This document shows, in pieces, positions 25,624-40,200 of a stretch of 64,000 bases of DNA. The position numbers and the translations under genes are program-made. Below the pieces are notes generated by a model. It was not told the origin of the DNA. It saw nothing but the letters and a program-made list of their open reading frames with translations, and ran no database searches. Source of the stretch: Auanema rhodensis (Eukaryota > Animalia > Nematoda); contig OZ059894.1 of assembly GCA_964057225.1 (NCBI GenBank), positions 4,960,001 to 5,024,000 on the forward strand, given 5' to 3'. Within the stretch, counting starts at the first letter, position 1, and each line of letters begins with the position of its first letter.

Positions 25624-27729
25624 ATTTGCGCTAGCTTAAAAATGCACCGAGATATCAACTGATATAAGTTCACACTTATATCCTTGATTTTCACCCTGAA
25701 GAATTAATTTTTTCGTTGAATAACATTGTCCATCGTCTTTGCCTTGAAAAAAGGAATCTAAAAACATCTACTTTTTGCTAAATTATTTTGAAATTTTTCG
25801 AAAAAATTTTTGTCAAAATGTTTTTGGAAGCTATGTTGAGTGTACATGGAAACTCAACATACACTAATGCATCATTTTTCAAACGATCATAACTAATTTT
25901 TGTATTAAGCGTTTCTCAAAGTAGTATAGTGCATTCGATGCGGATTTCCAAGCTGCGTCGATCTGTGTTATCAGATTTGCGCTAGCTTAAAAATGCACCG
26001 AGATATCAACTGATATAAGTTCACACTTATATCCTCCATTTTCACCCTGAAGAATTAATTTTTTCGTTGAATAACATTGTCCATCGTCTTTGCCTTGAAA
26101 AAAGGAATCTAAAAACATCTACTTTTTGCTAAATTATTTTGAAATTTTTCGAAAAAATTTTTGTCAAAATGTTTTTGGAAGCTATGTTGAGTGTACATGG
26201 AAACTCAACATACACTTATGCATCATTTTTCAAACGATCATAACTAATTTTTGTATTAAGCGTTCCTCAATGTAGTATAGTGCATTCGATGCGGATTTTT
26301 AAGCTGCGTCGATCTGTGTTATCAGATTTGCGCTAGCTTAAAAATGCACCGAGATATCAACTGATATAAGTTCACACTTATATCCTTGATTTTCACCCTG
26401 TAGAATTAATTTTTTCGTTGAATAACATTGTCCATCGTCTTTGCCTTGAAAAAAGGAATCTAAAAACATCTACTTTTTGCTAAATTATTTTGAAATTTTT
26501 CGAAAAAATTTTTGTCAAAATGTTTTTGGAAGCTATGTTGAGTGTACATGGAAACTCAACATACACTTATGCATCATTTTTCAAACGATCATAACTAATT
26601 TTTGTATTAAGCGTTCCTCAATGTAGTATAGTGCATTCGATGCGGATTTTTAAGCTGCGTCGATCTGTGTTATCAGATTTGCGCTAGCTTAAAAATGCAC
26701 CGAGATATCAACTGATATAAGTTCACACTTATATCCTTGATTTTCACCCTGGAGAATTAATTTTTTCGTTGAATAACATTGTCCATCGTTTTTGCCTTGA
26801 AAAAAGGAATCTAAAAACATCTACTTTTTGCTAAATTATTTTGAAATTTTTCGAAAAAATTTTTGTCAAAATGTTTTTGGAAGCAATGTTGAGTGTACAT
26901 GGAAACTCAACATACACTAATGCATCATTTTTCAAACGATCATAACTAATTTTTGTATTAAGCGTTTCTCAAAGTAGTATAGTGCATTCGATGCGGATTT
27001 TCAAGTTGCGTCGATCTGTGTTATCAGATTTGCGCTAGCTTAAAAATGCACCGAGATAAGAACTGATATAAGTTCACACTTATATCCTCGATTTTCACCC
27101 TGAAGAATTAATTTTTTCGTTGAATAACATTGTCCATCGTCTTTGCCTTGAAAAAAGGAATCTAAAAACATCTACTTTTTGCTAAATTATTTTGAAATTT
27201 TTCGAAAAAATTTTTGTCAAAATGTTTTTGGAAGCTATGTTGAGTGTACATGGAAACTCAACATACACTAATGCATCATTTTTCAAACGATCATAACTAA
27301 TTTTTGTATTAAGCGTTTCTCAAAGTAGTATAGTGCATTCGATGCGGATTTCCAAGCTGCGTCGATCTGTGTTATCAGATTTGCGCTAGCTTAAAAATGC
27401 ACCGAGATATCAACTGATATAAGTTCACACTTATATCCTCCATTTTCACCCTGAAGAATTAATTTTTTCGTTGAATAACATTGTCCATCGTCTTTGCCTT
27501 GAAAAAAGGAATCTAAAAACATCTACTTTCTGCTAAATTATTTTGAAATTTTTCGAAAAAATTTTTGTCAAAATGTTTTTGGAAGCTATGTTGAGTGTAC
27601 ATGGAAACTCAACATACACTAATGCATCATTTTTCAAACGATCATAACTAATTTTTGTATTAAGCGTTTCTCAAAGTAGTATAGTGCATTCGATGCGGAT
27701 TTCCAAGCTGCGTCGATCTGTGTTATCAG

Positions 27730-30700
27730 ATTTGCGCTAGCTTAAAAATGCACCGAGATATCAACTGATATAAGTTCACACTTATATCCTCCATTTTCAC
27801 CCTGAAGAATTAATTTTTTCGTTGAATAACATTGTCCATCGTCTTTGCCTTGAAAAAAGGAATCTAAAAACATCTACTTTCTGCTAAATTATTTTGAAAT
27901 TTTTCGAAAAAATTTTTGTCAAAATGTTTTTGGAAGCTATGTTGAGTGTACATGGAAACTCAACATACACTAATGCATCATTTTTCAAACGATCATAACT
28001 AATTTTTGTATTAAGCGTTCCTCAATGTAGTATAGTGCATTCGATGCGGATTTTTAAGCTGCGTCGATCTGTGTTATCAGATTTGCGCTAGCTTAAAAAT
28101 GCACCGAGATATCAACTGATATAAGTTCACACTTATATCCTTGATTTTCACCCTGAAGAATTAATTTTTTCGTTGAATAACATTGTCCATCGTCTTTGCC
28201 TTGAAAAAAGGAATCTAAAAACATCTACTTTTTGCTAAATTATTTTGAAAGTTTTCGAAAAAATTTTTGTCAAAATGTTTTTGGAAGCTATGTTGAGTGT
28301 ACATGGAAACTCAACATACACTAATGCATCATTTTTCAAACGATCATAACTAATTTTTGTATTAAGCGTTCCTCAATGTAGTATAGTGCATTCGATGCGG
28401 ATTTTTAAGCTGCGTCGATCTGTGTTATCAGATTTGCGCTAGCTTAAAAATGCACCGAGATATCAACTGATATAAGTTCACACTTATATCCTTGATTTTC
28501 ACCCTGGAGAATTAATTTTTTCGTTGAATAACATTGTCCATCGTCTTTGCCTTGAAAAAAGGATCCTAAAAACATCTACTTTTTGCTAAATTATTTTGAA
28601 ATTTTTCGAAAAAATTTTTGTCAAAATGTTTTTGGAAGCAATGTTGAGTGTACATGGAAACTCAACATACACTAATGCATCATTTTTCAAACGATCATAA
28701 CTAATTTTTGTATTAAGCGTTTCTCAAAGTAGTATAGTGCATTCGATGCGGATTTTCAAGTTGCGTCGATCTGTGTTATCAGATTTGCGCTAGCTTGAAA
28801 ATGCACCGAGATATCAACTGATATAAGTTCACACTTATATCCTCGATTTTCACCCTGAAGAATTAATTTTTTCGTTGAATAACATTGTCCATCGTCTTTG
28901 CCTTGAAAAAAGGAATCTAAAAACATCTACTTTTTGCTAAATTATTTTGAAATTTTTCGAAAAAATTTTTGTCAAAATGTTTTTGGAAGCTATGTTGAGT
29001 GTACATGGAAACTCAACATACACTAATGCATCATTTTTCAAACGATCATAACTAATTTTTGTATTAAGCGTTTCTCAAAGTAGTATAGTGCATTCGATGC
29101 GGATTTCCAAGCTGCGTCGATCTGTGTTATCAGATTTGCGCTAGCTTAAAAATGCACCGAGATATCAACTGATATAAGTTCACACTTATATCCTCCATTT
29201 TCACCCTGAAGAATTAATTTTTTCGTTGAATAACATTGTCCATCGTCTTTGCCTTGAAAAAAGGAATCTAAAAACATCTACTTTTTGCTAAATTATTTTG
29301 AAATTTTTCGAAAAAATTTTTGTCAAATTGTTTTTGGAAGCTATGTTGAGTGTACATGGAAACTCAACATACACTAATGCATCATTTTTCAAACGATCAT
29401 AACTAATTTTTGTATTAAGCGTTCCTCAATGTAGTATAGTGCATTCGATGCGGATTGTTAAGCTGCGTCGATCTGTGTTATCAGATTTGCGCTAGCTTGA
29501 AAATGCACCGAGATATCAACTGATATAAGTTCACACTTATATCCTCGATTTTCACCCTGAAGAATTAATTTTTTCGTTGAATAACATTGTCCATCGTCTT
29601 TGCCTTGAAAAAAGGAATCTAAAAACATCTACTTTTTGCTAAATTATTTTGAAATTTTTCGAAAAAATTTTTGTCAAAATGTTTTTGGAAGCTATGTTGA
29701 GTGTACATGGAAACTCAACATACACTAATGCATCATTTTTCAAACGATCATAACTAATTTTTGTATTAAGCGTTTCTCAAAGTAGTATAGTGCATTCGAT
29801 GCGGATTTCCAAGCTGCGTCGATCTGTGTTATCAGATTTGCGCTAGCTTAAAAATGCACCGAGATATCAACTGATATAAGTTCACACTTATATCCTCCAT
29901 TTTCACCCTGAAGAATTAATTTTTTCGTTGAATAACATTGTCCATCGTCTTTGCCTTGAAAAAAGGAATCTAAAAACATCTACTTTTTGCTAAATTATTT
30001 TGAAATTTTTCGAAAAAATTTTTGTCAAATTGTTTTTGGAAGCTATGTTGAGTGTACATGGAAACTCAACATACACTAATGCATCATTTTTCAAACGATC
30101 ATAACTAATTTTTGTATTAAGCGTTCCTCAATGTAGTATAGTGCATTCGATGCGGATTGTTAAGCTGCGTCGATCTGTGTTATCAGATTTGCGCTAGCTT
30201 GAAAATGCACCGAGATATCAACTGATATAAGTTCACACTTATATCCTCGATTTTCACCCTGAAGAATTAATTTTTTCGTTGAATAACATTGTCCATCGTC
30301 TTTGCCTTGAAAAAAGGAATCTAAAAACATCTACTTTTTGCTAAATTATTTTGAAATTTTTCGAAAAAATTTTTGTCAAAATGTTTTTGGAAGCTATGTT
30401 GAGTGTACATGGAAACTCAACATACACTAATGCATCATTTTTCAAACGATCATAACTAATTTTTGTATTAAGCGTTTCTCAAAGTAGTATAGTGCATTCG
30501 ATGCGGATTTCCAAGCTGCGTCGATCTGTGTTATCAGATTTGCGCTAGCTTAAAAATGCACCGAGATATCAACTGATATAAGTTCACACTTATATCCTCC
30601 ATTTTCACCCTGAAGAATTAATTTTTTCGTTGAATAACATTGTCCATCGTCTTTGCCTTGAAAAAAGGAATCTAAAAACATCTACTTTTTGCTAAATTAT

Positions 30701-33700
30701 TTTGAAATTTTTCGAAAAAATTTTTGTCAAATTGTTTTTGGAAGCTATGTTGAGTGTACATGGAAACTCAACATACACTAATGCATCATTTTTCAAACGA
30801 TCATAACTAATTTTTGTATTAAGCGTTCCTCAATGTAGTATAGTGCATTCGATGCGGATTGTTAAGCTGCGTCGATCTGTGTTATCAGATTTGCGCTAGC
30901 TTAAAAATGCACCGAGATATCAACTGATATAAGTTCACACTTATATCCTTGATTTTCACCCTGAAGAATTAATTTTTTCGTTGAATAACATTGTCCATCG
31001 TCTTTGCCTTGAAAAAAGGAATCTAAAAACATCTACTTTTTGCTAAATTATTTTGAAATTTTTCGAAAAAATTTTTGTCAAAATGTTTTTGGAAGCTATG
31101 TTGAGTGTACATGGAAACTCAACATACACTAATGCATCATTTTTCAAACGATCATAACTAATTTTTGTATTAAGCGTTTCTCAAAGTAGTATAGTGCATT
31201 CGATGCGGATTTCCAAGCTGCGTCGATCTGTGTTATCAGATTTGCGCTAGCTTAAAAATGCACGGAGATATCAACTGATATAAGTTCACACTTATATCCT
31301 TGATTTTCACCCTGTAGAATTAATTTTTTCGTTGAATAACATTGTCCATCGTCTTTGCCTTGAAAAAAGGAATCTAAAAACATCTACTTTTTGCTAAATT
31401 ATTTTGAAATTTTTCGAAAAAATTTTTGTCAAAATGTTTTTGGAAGCTATGTTGAGTGTACATGGAAACTCAACATACACTTATGCATCATTTTTCAAAC
31501 GATCATAACTAATTTTTGTATTAAGCGTTCCTCAATGTAGTATAGTGCATTCGATGCGGATTTTTAAGCTGCGTCGATCTGTGTTATCAGATTTGCGCTA
31601 GCTTAAAAATGCACCGAGATATCAACTGATATAAGTTCACACTTATATCCTTGATTTTCACCCTGGAGAATTAGTTTTTTCGTTGAATAACATTGTCCAT
31701 CGTCTTTGCCTTGAAAAAAGGAATCTAAAAACATCTACTTTTTGCTAAATTATTTTGAAATTTTTCGAAAAAATTTTTGTCAAAATGTTTTTGGAAGCAA
31801 TGTTGAGTGTACATGGAAACTCAACATACACTAATGCATCATTTTTCAAACGATCATAACTAATTTTTGTATTAAGCGTTTCTCAAAGTAGTATAGTGCA
31901 TTCGATGCGGATTTTCAAGTTGCGTCGATCTGTGTTATCAGATTTGCGCTAGCTTAAAAATGCACCGAGATAAGAACTGATATAAGTTCACACTTATATC
32001 CTCGATTTTCACCCTGAAGAATTAATTTTTTCGTTGAATAACATTGTCCATCGTCTTTGCCTTGAAAAAAGGAATCTAAAAACATCTACTTTTTGCTAAA
32101 TTATTTTGAAATTTTTCGAAAAAATTTTTGTCAAAATGTTTTTGGAAGCTATGTTGAGTGTACATGGAAACTCAACATACACTAATGCATCATTTTTCAA
32201 ACGATCATAACTAATTTTTGTATTAAGCGTTTCTCAAAGTAGTATAGTGCATTCGATGCGGATTTCCAAGCTGCGTCGATCTGTGTTATCAGATTTGCGC
32301 TAGCTTAAAAATGCACCGAGATATCAACTGATATAAGTTCACACTTATATCCTCCATTTTCACCCTGAAGAATTAATTTTTTCGTTGAATAACATTGTCC
32401 ATCGTCTTTGCCTTGAAAAAAGGAATCTAAAAACATCTACTTTCTGCTTAATTATTTTGAAATTTTTCGAAAAAATTTTTGTCAAAATGTTTTTGGAAGC
32501 TATGTTGAGTGTACATGGAAACTCAACATACACTAATGCATCATTTTTCAAACGATCATAACTAATTTTTGTATTAAGCGTTCCTCAATGTAGTATAGTG
32601 CATTCGATGCGGATTTTTAAGCTGCGTCGATCTGTGTTATCAGATTTGCGCTAGCTTAAAAATGCACCGAGATATCAACTGATATAAGTTCACACTTATA
32701 TCCTTGATTTTCACCCTGAAGAATTAATTTTTTCGTTGAATAACATTGTCCATCGTCTTTGCCTTGAAAAAAGGAATCTAAAAACATCTACTTTTTGCTA
32801 AATTATTTTGAAAGTTTTCGAAAAAATTTTTGTCAAAATGTTTTTGGAAGCTATGTTGAGTGTACATGGAAACTCAACATACACTAATGCATCATTTTTC
32901 AAACGATCATAACTAATTTTTGTATTAAGCGTTCCTCAATGTAGTATAGTGCATTCGATGCGGATTTTTAAGCTGCGTCGATCTGTGTTATCAGATTTGC
33001 GCTAGCTTAAAAATGCACCGAGATATCAACTGATATAAGTTCACACTTATATCCTTGATTTTCACCCTGGAGAATTAATTTTTTCGTTGAATAACATTGT
33101 CCATCGTCTTTGCCTTGAAAAAAGGATCCTAAAAACATCTACTTTTTGCTAAATTATTTTGAAATTTTTCGAAAAAATTTTTGTCAAAATGTTTTTGGAA
33201 GCAATGTTGAGTGTACATGGAAACTCAACATACACTAATGCATCATTTTTCAAACGATCATAACTAATTTTTGTATTAAGCGTTTCTCAAAGTAGTATAG
33301 TGCATTCGATGCGGATTTTCAAGTTGCGTCGATCTGTGTTATCAGATTTGCGCTAGCTTGAAAATGCACCGAGATATCAACTGATATAAGTTCACACTTA
33401 TATCCTCGATTTTCACCCTGAAGAATTAATTTTTTCGTTGAATAACATTGTCCATCGTCTTTGCCTTGAAAAAAGGAATCTAAAAACATCTACTTTTTGC
33501 TAAATTATTTTGAAATTTTTCGAAAAAATTTTTGTCAAAATGTTTTTGGAAGCTATGTTGAGTGTACATGGAAACTCAACATACACTAATGCATCATTTT
33601 TCAAACGATCATAACTAATTTTTGTATTAAGCGTTTCTCAAAGTAGTATAGTGCATTCGATGCGGATTTCCAAGCTGCGTCGATCTGTGTTATCAGATTT

Positions 33701-35650
33701 GCGCTAGCTTAAAAATGCACCGAGATATCAACTGATATAAGTTCACACTTATATCCTCCATTTTCACCCTGAAGAATTAATTTTTTCGTTGAATAACATT
33801 GTCCATCGTCTTTGCCTTGAAAAAAGGAATCTAAAAACATCTACTTTTTGCTAAATTATTTTGAAATTTTTCGAAAAAATTTTTGTCAAATTGTTTTTGG
33901 AAGCTATGTTGAGTGTACATGGAAACTCAACATACACTAATGCATCATTTTTCAAACGATCATAACTAATTTTTGTAATAAGCGTTCCTCAATGTAGTAT
34001 AGTGCATTCGATGCGGATTGTTAAGCTGCGTCGATCTGTGTTATCAGATTTGCGCTAGCTTGAAAATGCACCGAGATATCAACTGATATAAGTTCACACT
34101 TATATCCTCGATTTTCACCCTGAAGAATTAATTTTTTCGTTGAATAACATTGTCCATCGTCTTTGCCTTGAAAAAAGGAATCTAAAAACATCTACTTTTT
34201 GCTAAATTATTTTGAAATTTTTCGAAAAAATTTTTGTCAAAATGTTTTTGGAAGCTATGTTGAGTGTACATGGAAACTCAACATACACTAATGCATCATT
34301 TTTCAAACGATCATAACTAATTTTTGTATTAAGCGTTTCTCAAAGTAGTATAGTGCATTCGATGCGGATTTCCAAGCTGCGTCGATCTGTGTTATCAGAT
34401 TTGCGCTAGCTTAAAAATGCACCGAGATATCAACTGATATAAGTTCACACTTATATCCTCCATTTTCACCCTGAAGAATTAATTTTTTCGTTGAATAACA
34501 TTGTCCATCGTCTTTGCCTTGAAAAAAGGAATCTAAAAACATCTACTTTTTGCTAAATTATTTTGAAATTTTTCGAAAAAATTTTTGTCAAATTGTTTTT
34601 GGAAGCTATGTTGAGTGTACATGGAAACTCAACATACACTAATGCATCATTTTTCAAACGATCATAACTAATTTTTGTATTAAGCGTTCCTCAATGTAGT
34701 ATAGTGCATTCGATGCGGATTGTTAAGCTGCGTCGATCTGTGTTATCAGATTTGCGCTAGCTTGAAAATGCACCGAGATATCAACTGATATAAGTTCACA
34801 CTTATATCCTCGATTTTCACCCTGAAGAATTAATTTTTTCGTTGAATAACATTGTCCATCGTCTTTGCCTTGAAAAAAGGAATCTAAAAACATCTACTTT
34901 TTGCTAAATTATTTTGAAATTTTTCGAAAAAATTTTTGTCAAAATGTTTTTGGAAGCTATGTTGAGTGTACATGGAAACTCAACATACACTAATGCATCA
35001 TTTTTCAAACGATCATAACTAATTTTTGTATTAAGCGTTTCTCAAAGTAGTATAGTGCATTCGATGCGGATTTCCAAGCTGCGTCGATCTGTGTTATCAG
35101 ATTTGCGCTAGCTTAAAAATGCACCGAGATATCAACTGATATAAGTTCACACTTATATCCTCCATTTTCACCCTGAAGAATTAATTTTTTCGTTGAATAA
35201 CATTGTCCATCGTCTTTGCCTTGAAAAAAGGAATCTAAAAACATCTACTTTTTGCTAAATTATTTTGAAATTTTTCGAAAAAATTTTTGTCAAATTGTTT
35301 TTGGAAGCTATGTTGAGTGTACATGGAAACTCAACATACACTAATGCATCATTTTTCAAACGATCATAACTAATTTTTGTATTAAGCGTTCCTCAATGTA
35401 GTATAGTGCATTCGATGCGGATTGTTAAGCTGCGTCGATCTGTGTTATCAGATTTGCGCTAGCTTAAAAATGCACCGAGATATCAACTGATATAAGTTCA
35501 CACTTATATCCTTGATTTTCACCCTGAAGAATTAATTTTTTCGTTGAATAACATTGTCCATCGTCTTTGCCTTGAAAAAAGGAATCTAAAAACATCTACT
35601 TTTTGCTAAATTATTTTGAAATTTTTCGAAAAAATTTTTGTCAAAATGTT
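27730..35650. repeat. 13-monomer-period (4563-bp) segmental duplication within the array
   Basis: GGATCC at 28561 and 33124, G171 at 28251 and 32814, C152 in m80 and m93. Each set is followed by three copies of the same dimer. Ends are approximate. Confidence 0.9.
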
Positions 35651-37206
35651 TTTGGAAGCTATGTTGAGTGTACATGGAAACTCAACATACACTAATGCAT
35701 CATTTTTCAAACGATCATAACTAATTTTTGTAATAAGCGTTCCTCAATGTAGTATAGTGCATTCGATGCGGATTGTTAAGCTGCGTCGATCTGTGTTATC
35801 AGATTTGCGCTAGCTTGAAAATGCACCGAGATATCAACTGATATAAGTTCACACTTATATCCTCGATTTTCACCCTGAAGAATTAATTTTTTCGTTGAAT
35901 AACATTGTCCATCGTCTTTGCCTTGAAAAAAGGAATCTAAAAACATCTACTTTTTGCTAAATTATTTTGAAATTTTTCGAAAAAATTTTTGTCAAAATGT
36001 TTTTGGAAGCTATGTTGAGTGTACATGGAAACTCAACATACACTAATGCATCATTTTTCAAACGATCATAACTAATTTTTGTATTAAGCGTTTCTCAAAG
36101 TAGTATAGTGCATTCGATGCGGATTTCCAAGCTGCGTCGATCTGTGTTATCAGATTTGCGCTAGCTTAAAAATGCACCGAGATATCAACTGATATAAGTT
36201 CACACTTATATCCTCCATTTTCACCCTGAAGAATTAATTTTTTCGTTGAATAACATTGTCCATCGTCTTTGCCTTGAAAAAAGGAATCTAAAAACATCTA
36301 CTTTTTGCTAAATTATTTTGAAATTTTTCGAAAAAATTTTTGTCAAATTGTTTTTGGAAGCTATGTTGAGTGTACATGGAAACTCAACATACACTAATGC
36401 ATCATTTTTCAAACGATCATAACTAATTTTTGTATTAAGCGTTCCTCAATGTAGTATAGTGCATTCGATGCGGATTGTTAAGCTGCGTCGATCTGTGTTA
36501 TCAGATTTGCGCTAGCTTGAAAATGCACCGAGATATCAACTGATATAAGTTCACACTTATATCCTCGATTTTCACCCTGAAGAATTAATTTTTTCGTTGA
36601 ATAACATTGTCCATCGTCTTTGCCTTGAAAAAAGGAATCTAAAAACATCTACTTTTTGCTAAATTATTTTGAAATTTTTCGAAAAAATTTTTGTCAAAAT
36701 GTTTTTGGAAGCTATGTTGAGTGTACATGGAAACTCAACATACACTAATGCATCATTTTTCAAACGATCATAACTAATTTTTGTATTAAGCGTTTCTCAA
36801 AGTAGTATAGTGCATTCGATGCGGATTTCCAAGCTGCGTCGATCTGTGTTATCAGATTTGCGCTAGCTTAAAAATGCACCGAGATATCAACTGATATAAG
36901 TTCACACTTATATCCTCCATTTTCACCCTGAAGAATTAATTTTTTCGTTGAATAACATTGTCCATCGTCTTTGCCTTGAAAAAAGGAATCTAAAAACATC
37001 TACTTTTTGCTAAATTATTTTGAAATTTTTCGAAAAAATTTTTGTCAAATTGTTTTTGGAAGCTATGTTGAGTGTACATGGAAACTCAACATACACTAAT
37101 GCATCATTTTTCAAACGATCATAACTAATTTTTGTATTAAGCGTTCCTCAATGTAGTATAGTGCATTCGATGCGGATTGTTAAGCTGCGTCGATCTGTGT
37201 TATCAG
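28783..37206. repeat. Dimeric (702-bp) HOR family 1, in runs of 3 (28783-30888), 3 (33346-35451) and 2 (35803-37206)
   Basis: Monomers with G15 (GCTTGAAAATG) alternate with monomers carrying T195 (CAAATTG) plus G324 (GATTGTTAAG). Confidence 0.92.
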
Positions 37207-40200
37207 ATTTGCGCTAGCTTAAAAATGCACCGAGATATCAACTGATATAAGTTCACACTTATATCCTTGATTTTCACCCTGAAGAATTAATTTTTTCGTT
37301 GAATAACATTGTCCATCGTCTTTGCCTTGAAAAAAGGAATCTAAAAACATCTACTTTTTGCTAAATTATTTTGAAATTTTTCGAAAAAATTTTTGTCAAA
37401 ATGTTTTTGGAAGCTATGTTGAGTGTACATGGAAACTCAACATACACTAATGCATCATTTTTCAAACGATCATAACTAATTTTTGTATTAAGCGTTTCTC
37501 AAAGTAGTATAGTGCATTCGATGCGGATTTCCAAGCTGCGTCGATCTGTGTTATCAGATTTGCGCTAGCTTAAAAATGCACCGAGATATCAACTGATATA
37601 AGTTCACACTTATATCCTTGATTTTCACCCTGTAGAATTAATTTTTTCGTTGAATAACATTGTCCATCGTCTTTGCCTTGAAAAAAGGAATCTAAAAACA
37701 TCTACTTTTTGCTAAATTATTTTGAAATTTTTCGAAAAAATTTTTGTCAAAATGTTTTTGGAAGCTATGTTGAGTGTACATGGAAACTCAACATACACTT
37801 ATGCATCATTTTTCAAACGATCATAACTAATTTTTGTATTAAGCGTTCCTCAATGTAGTATAGTGCATTCGATGCGGATTTTTAAGCTGCGTCGATCTGT
37901 GTTATCAGATTTGCGCTAGCTTAAAAATGCACCGAGATATCAACTGATATAAGTTCACACTTATATCCTTGATTTTCACCCTGGAGAATTAGTTTTTTCG
38001 TTGAATAACATTGTCCATCGTCTTTGCCTTGAAAAAAGGAATCTAAAAACATCTACTTTTTGCTAAATTATTTTGAAATTTTTCGAAAAAATTTTTGTCA
38101 AAATGTTTTTGGAAGCAATGTTGAGTGTACATGGAAACTCAACATACACTAATGCATCATTTTTCAAACGATCATAACTAATTTTTGTATTAAGCGTTTC
38201 TCAAAGTAGTATAGTGCATTCGATGCGGATTTTCAAGTTGCGTCGATCTGTGTTATCAGATTTGCGCTAGCTTAAAAATGCACCGAGATATCAACTGATA
38301 TAAGTTCACACTTATATCCTCGATTTTCACCCTGAAGAATTAATTTTTTCGTTGAATAACATTGTCCATCGTCTTTGCCTTGAAAAAAGGAATCTAAAAA
38401 CATCTACTTTTTGCTAAATTATTTTGAAATTTTTCGAAAAAATTTTTGTCAAAATGTTTTTGGAAGCTATGTTGAGTGTACATGGAAACTCAACATACAC
38501 TAATTCATCATTTTTCAAACGATCATAACTAATTTTTGTATTAAGCGTTTCTCAAAGTAGTATAGTGCGTTCGATGCGGATTTCCAAGCTGCGTCGATCT
38601 GTGTTATCAGATTTGCGCTAGCTTAAAAATGCACCGAGATATCAACTGATATAAGTTCACACTTATATCCTTGATTTTCACCCTGGAGAATTAATTTTTT
38701 CGTTGAATAACATTGTCCATCGTCTTTGCCTTGAAAAAAGGAATCTAAAAACATCTACTTTTTGCTAAATTATTTTGAAATTTTTCGAAAAAATTTTTGT
38801 CAAAATGTTTTTGGAAGCTATGTTGAGTGTACATGGAAACTCAACATACACTAATGCATCATTTTTCAAACGATCATAACTAATTTTTGTATTAAGCGTT
38901 TCTCAAAGTAGTATAGTGCATTCGATGCGGATTTTCAAGTTGCGTCGATCTGTGTTATCAGATTTGCGCTAGCTTAAAAATGCACCGAGATATCAACTGA
39001 TATAAGTTCACACTTATATCCTCGATTTTCACCCTGAAGAATTAATTTTTTCGTTGAATAACATTGTCCATCGTCTTTGCCTTGAAAAAAGGAATCTAAA
39101 AACATCTACTTTTTGCTAAATTATTTTGAAATTTTTCGAAAAAATTTTTGTCAAAATGTTTTTGGAAGCTATGTTGAGTGTACATGGAAACTCAACATAC
39201 ACTAATGCATCATTTTTCAAACGATCATAACTAATTTTTGTATTAAGCGTTTCTCAAAGTAGTATAGTGCATTCGATGCGGATTTCCAAGCTGCGTCGAT
39301 CTGTGTTATCAGATTTGCGCTAGCTTAAAAATGCACCGAGATATCAACTGATATAAGTTCACACTTATATCCTCCATTTTCACCCTGAAGAATTAATTTT
39401 TTCGTTGAATAACATTGTCCATCGTCTTTGCCTTGAAAAAAGGAATCTAAAAACATCTACTTTTTGCTAAATTATTTTGAAATTTTTCGAAAAAATTTTT
39501 GTCAAAATGTTTTTGGAAGCTATGTTGAGTGTACATGGAAACTCAACATACACTTATGCATCATTTTTCAAACGATCATAACTAATTTTTGTATTAAGCG
39601 TTTCTCAAAGTAGTATAGTGCATTCGATGCGGATTTTCAAGTTGCGTCGATCTGTGTTATCAGATTTGCGCTAGCTTAAAAATGCACCGAGATATCAACT
39701 GATATAAGTTCACACTTATATCCTCGATTTTCACCCTGAAGAATTAATTTTTTCGTTGAATAACATTGTCCATCGTCTTTGCCTTGAAAAAAGGAATCTA
39801 AAAACATCTACTTTTTGCTAAATTATTTTGAAATTTTTCGAAAAAATTTTTGTCAAAATGTTTTTGGAAGCTATGTTGAGTGTACATGGAAACTCAACAT
39901 ACACTAATGCATCATTTTTCAAACGATCATAACTAATTTTTGTATTAAGCGTTTCTCAAAGTAGTATAGTGCATTCGATGCGGATTTCCAAGCTGCGTCG
40001 ATCTGTGTTATCAGATTTGCGCTAGCTTAAAAATGCACCGAGATATCAACTGATATAAGTTCACACTTATATCCTCCATTTTCACCCTGAAGAATTAATT
40101 TTTTCGTTGAATAACATTGTCCATCGTCTTTGCCTTGAAAAAAGGAATCTAAAAACATCTACTTTTTGCTAAATTATTTTGAAATTTTTCGAAAAAATTT

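Noticed and set aside
28752-28802. Apparent compensatory change in hairpin 4 (ATTTTCAAG / CTTGAAAAT), also at 33315-33365
   Set aside because: G15 more often follows non-complementary arms (TTTTTAAG or TTGTTAAG), and most class B ends are followed by A15. There is no consistent covariation, and so no evidence of selection on structure.
32360-32551. 63-aa ORF (-)
   Set aside because: It is created by the private T157 change in m93 (TAG>AAG on the minus strand) and is closed in other copies.
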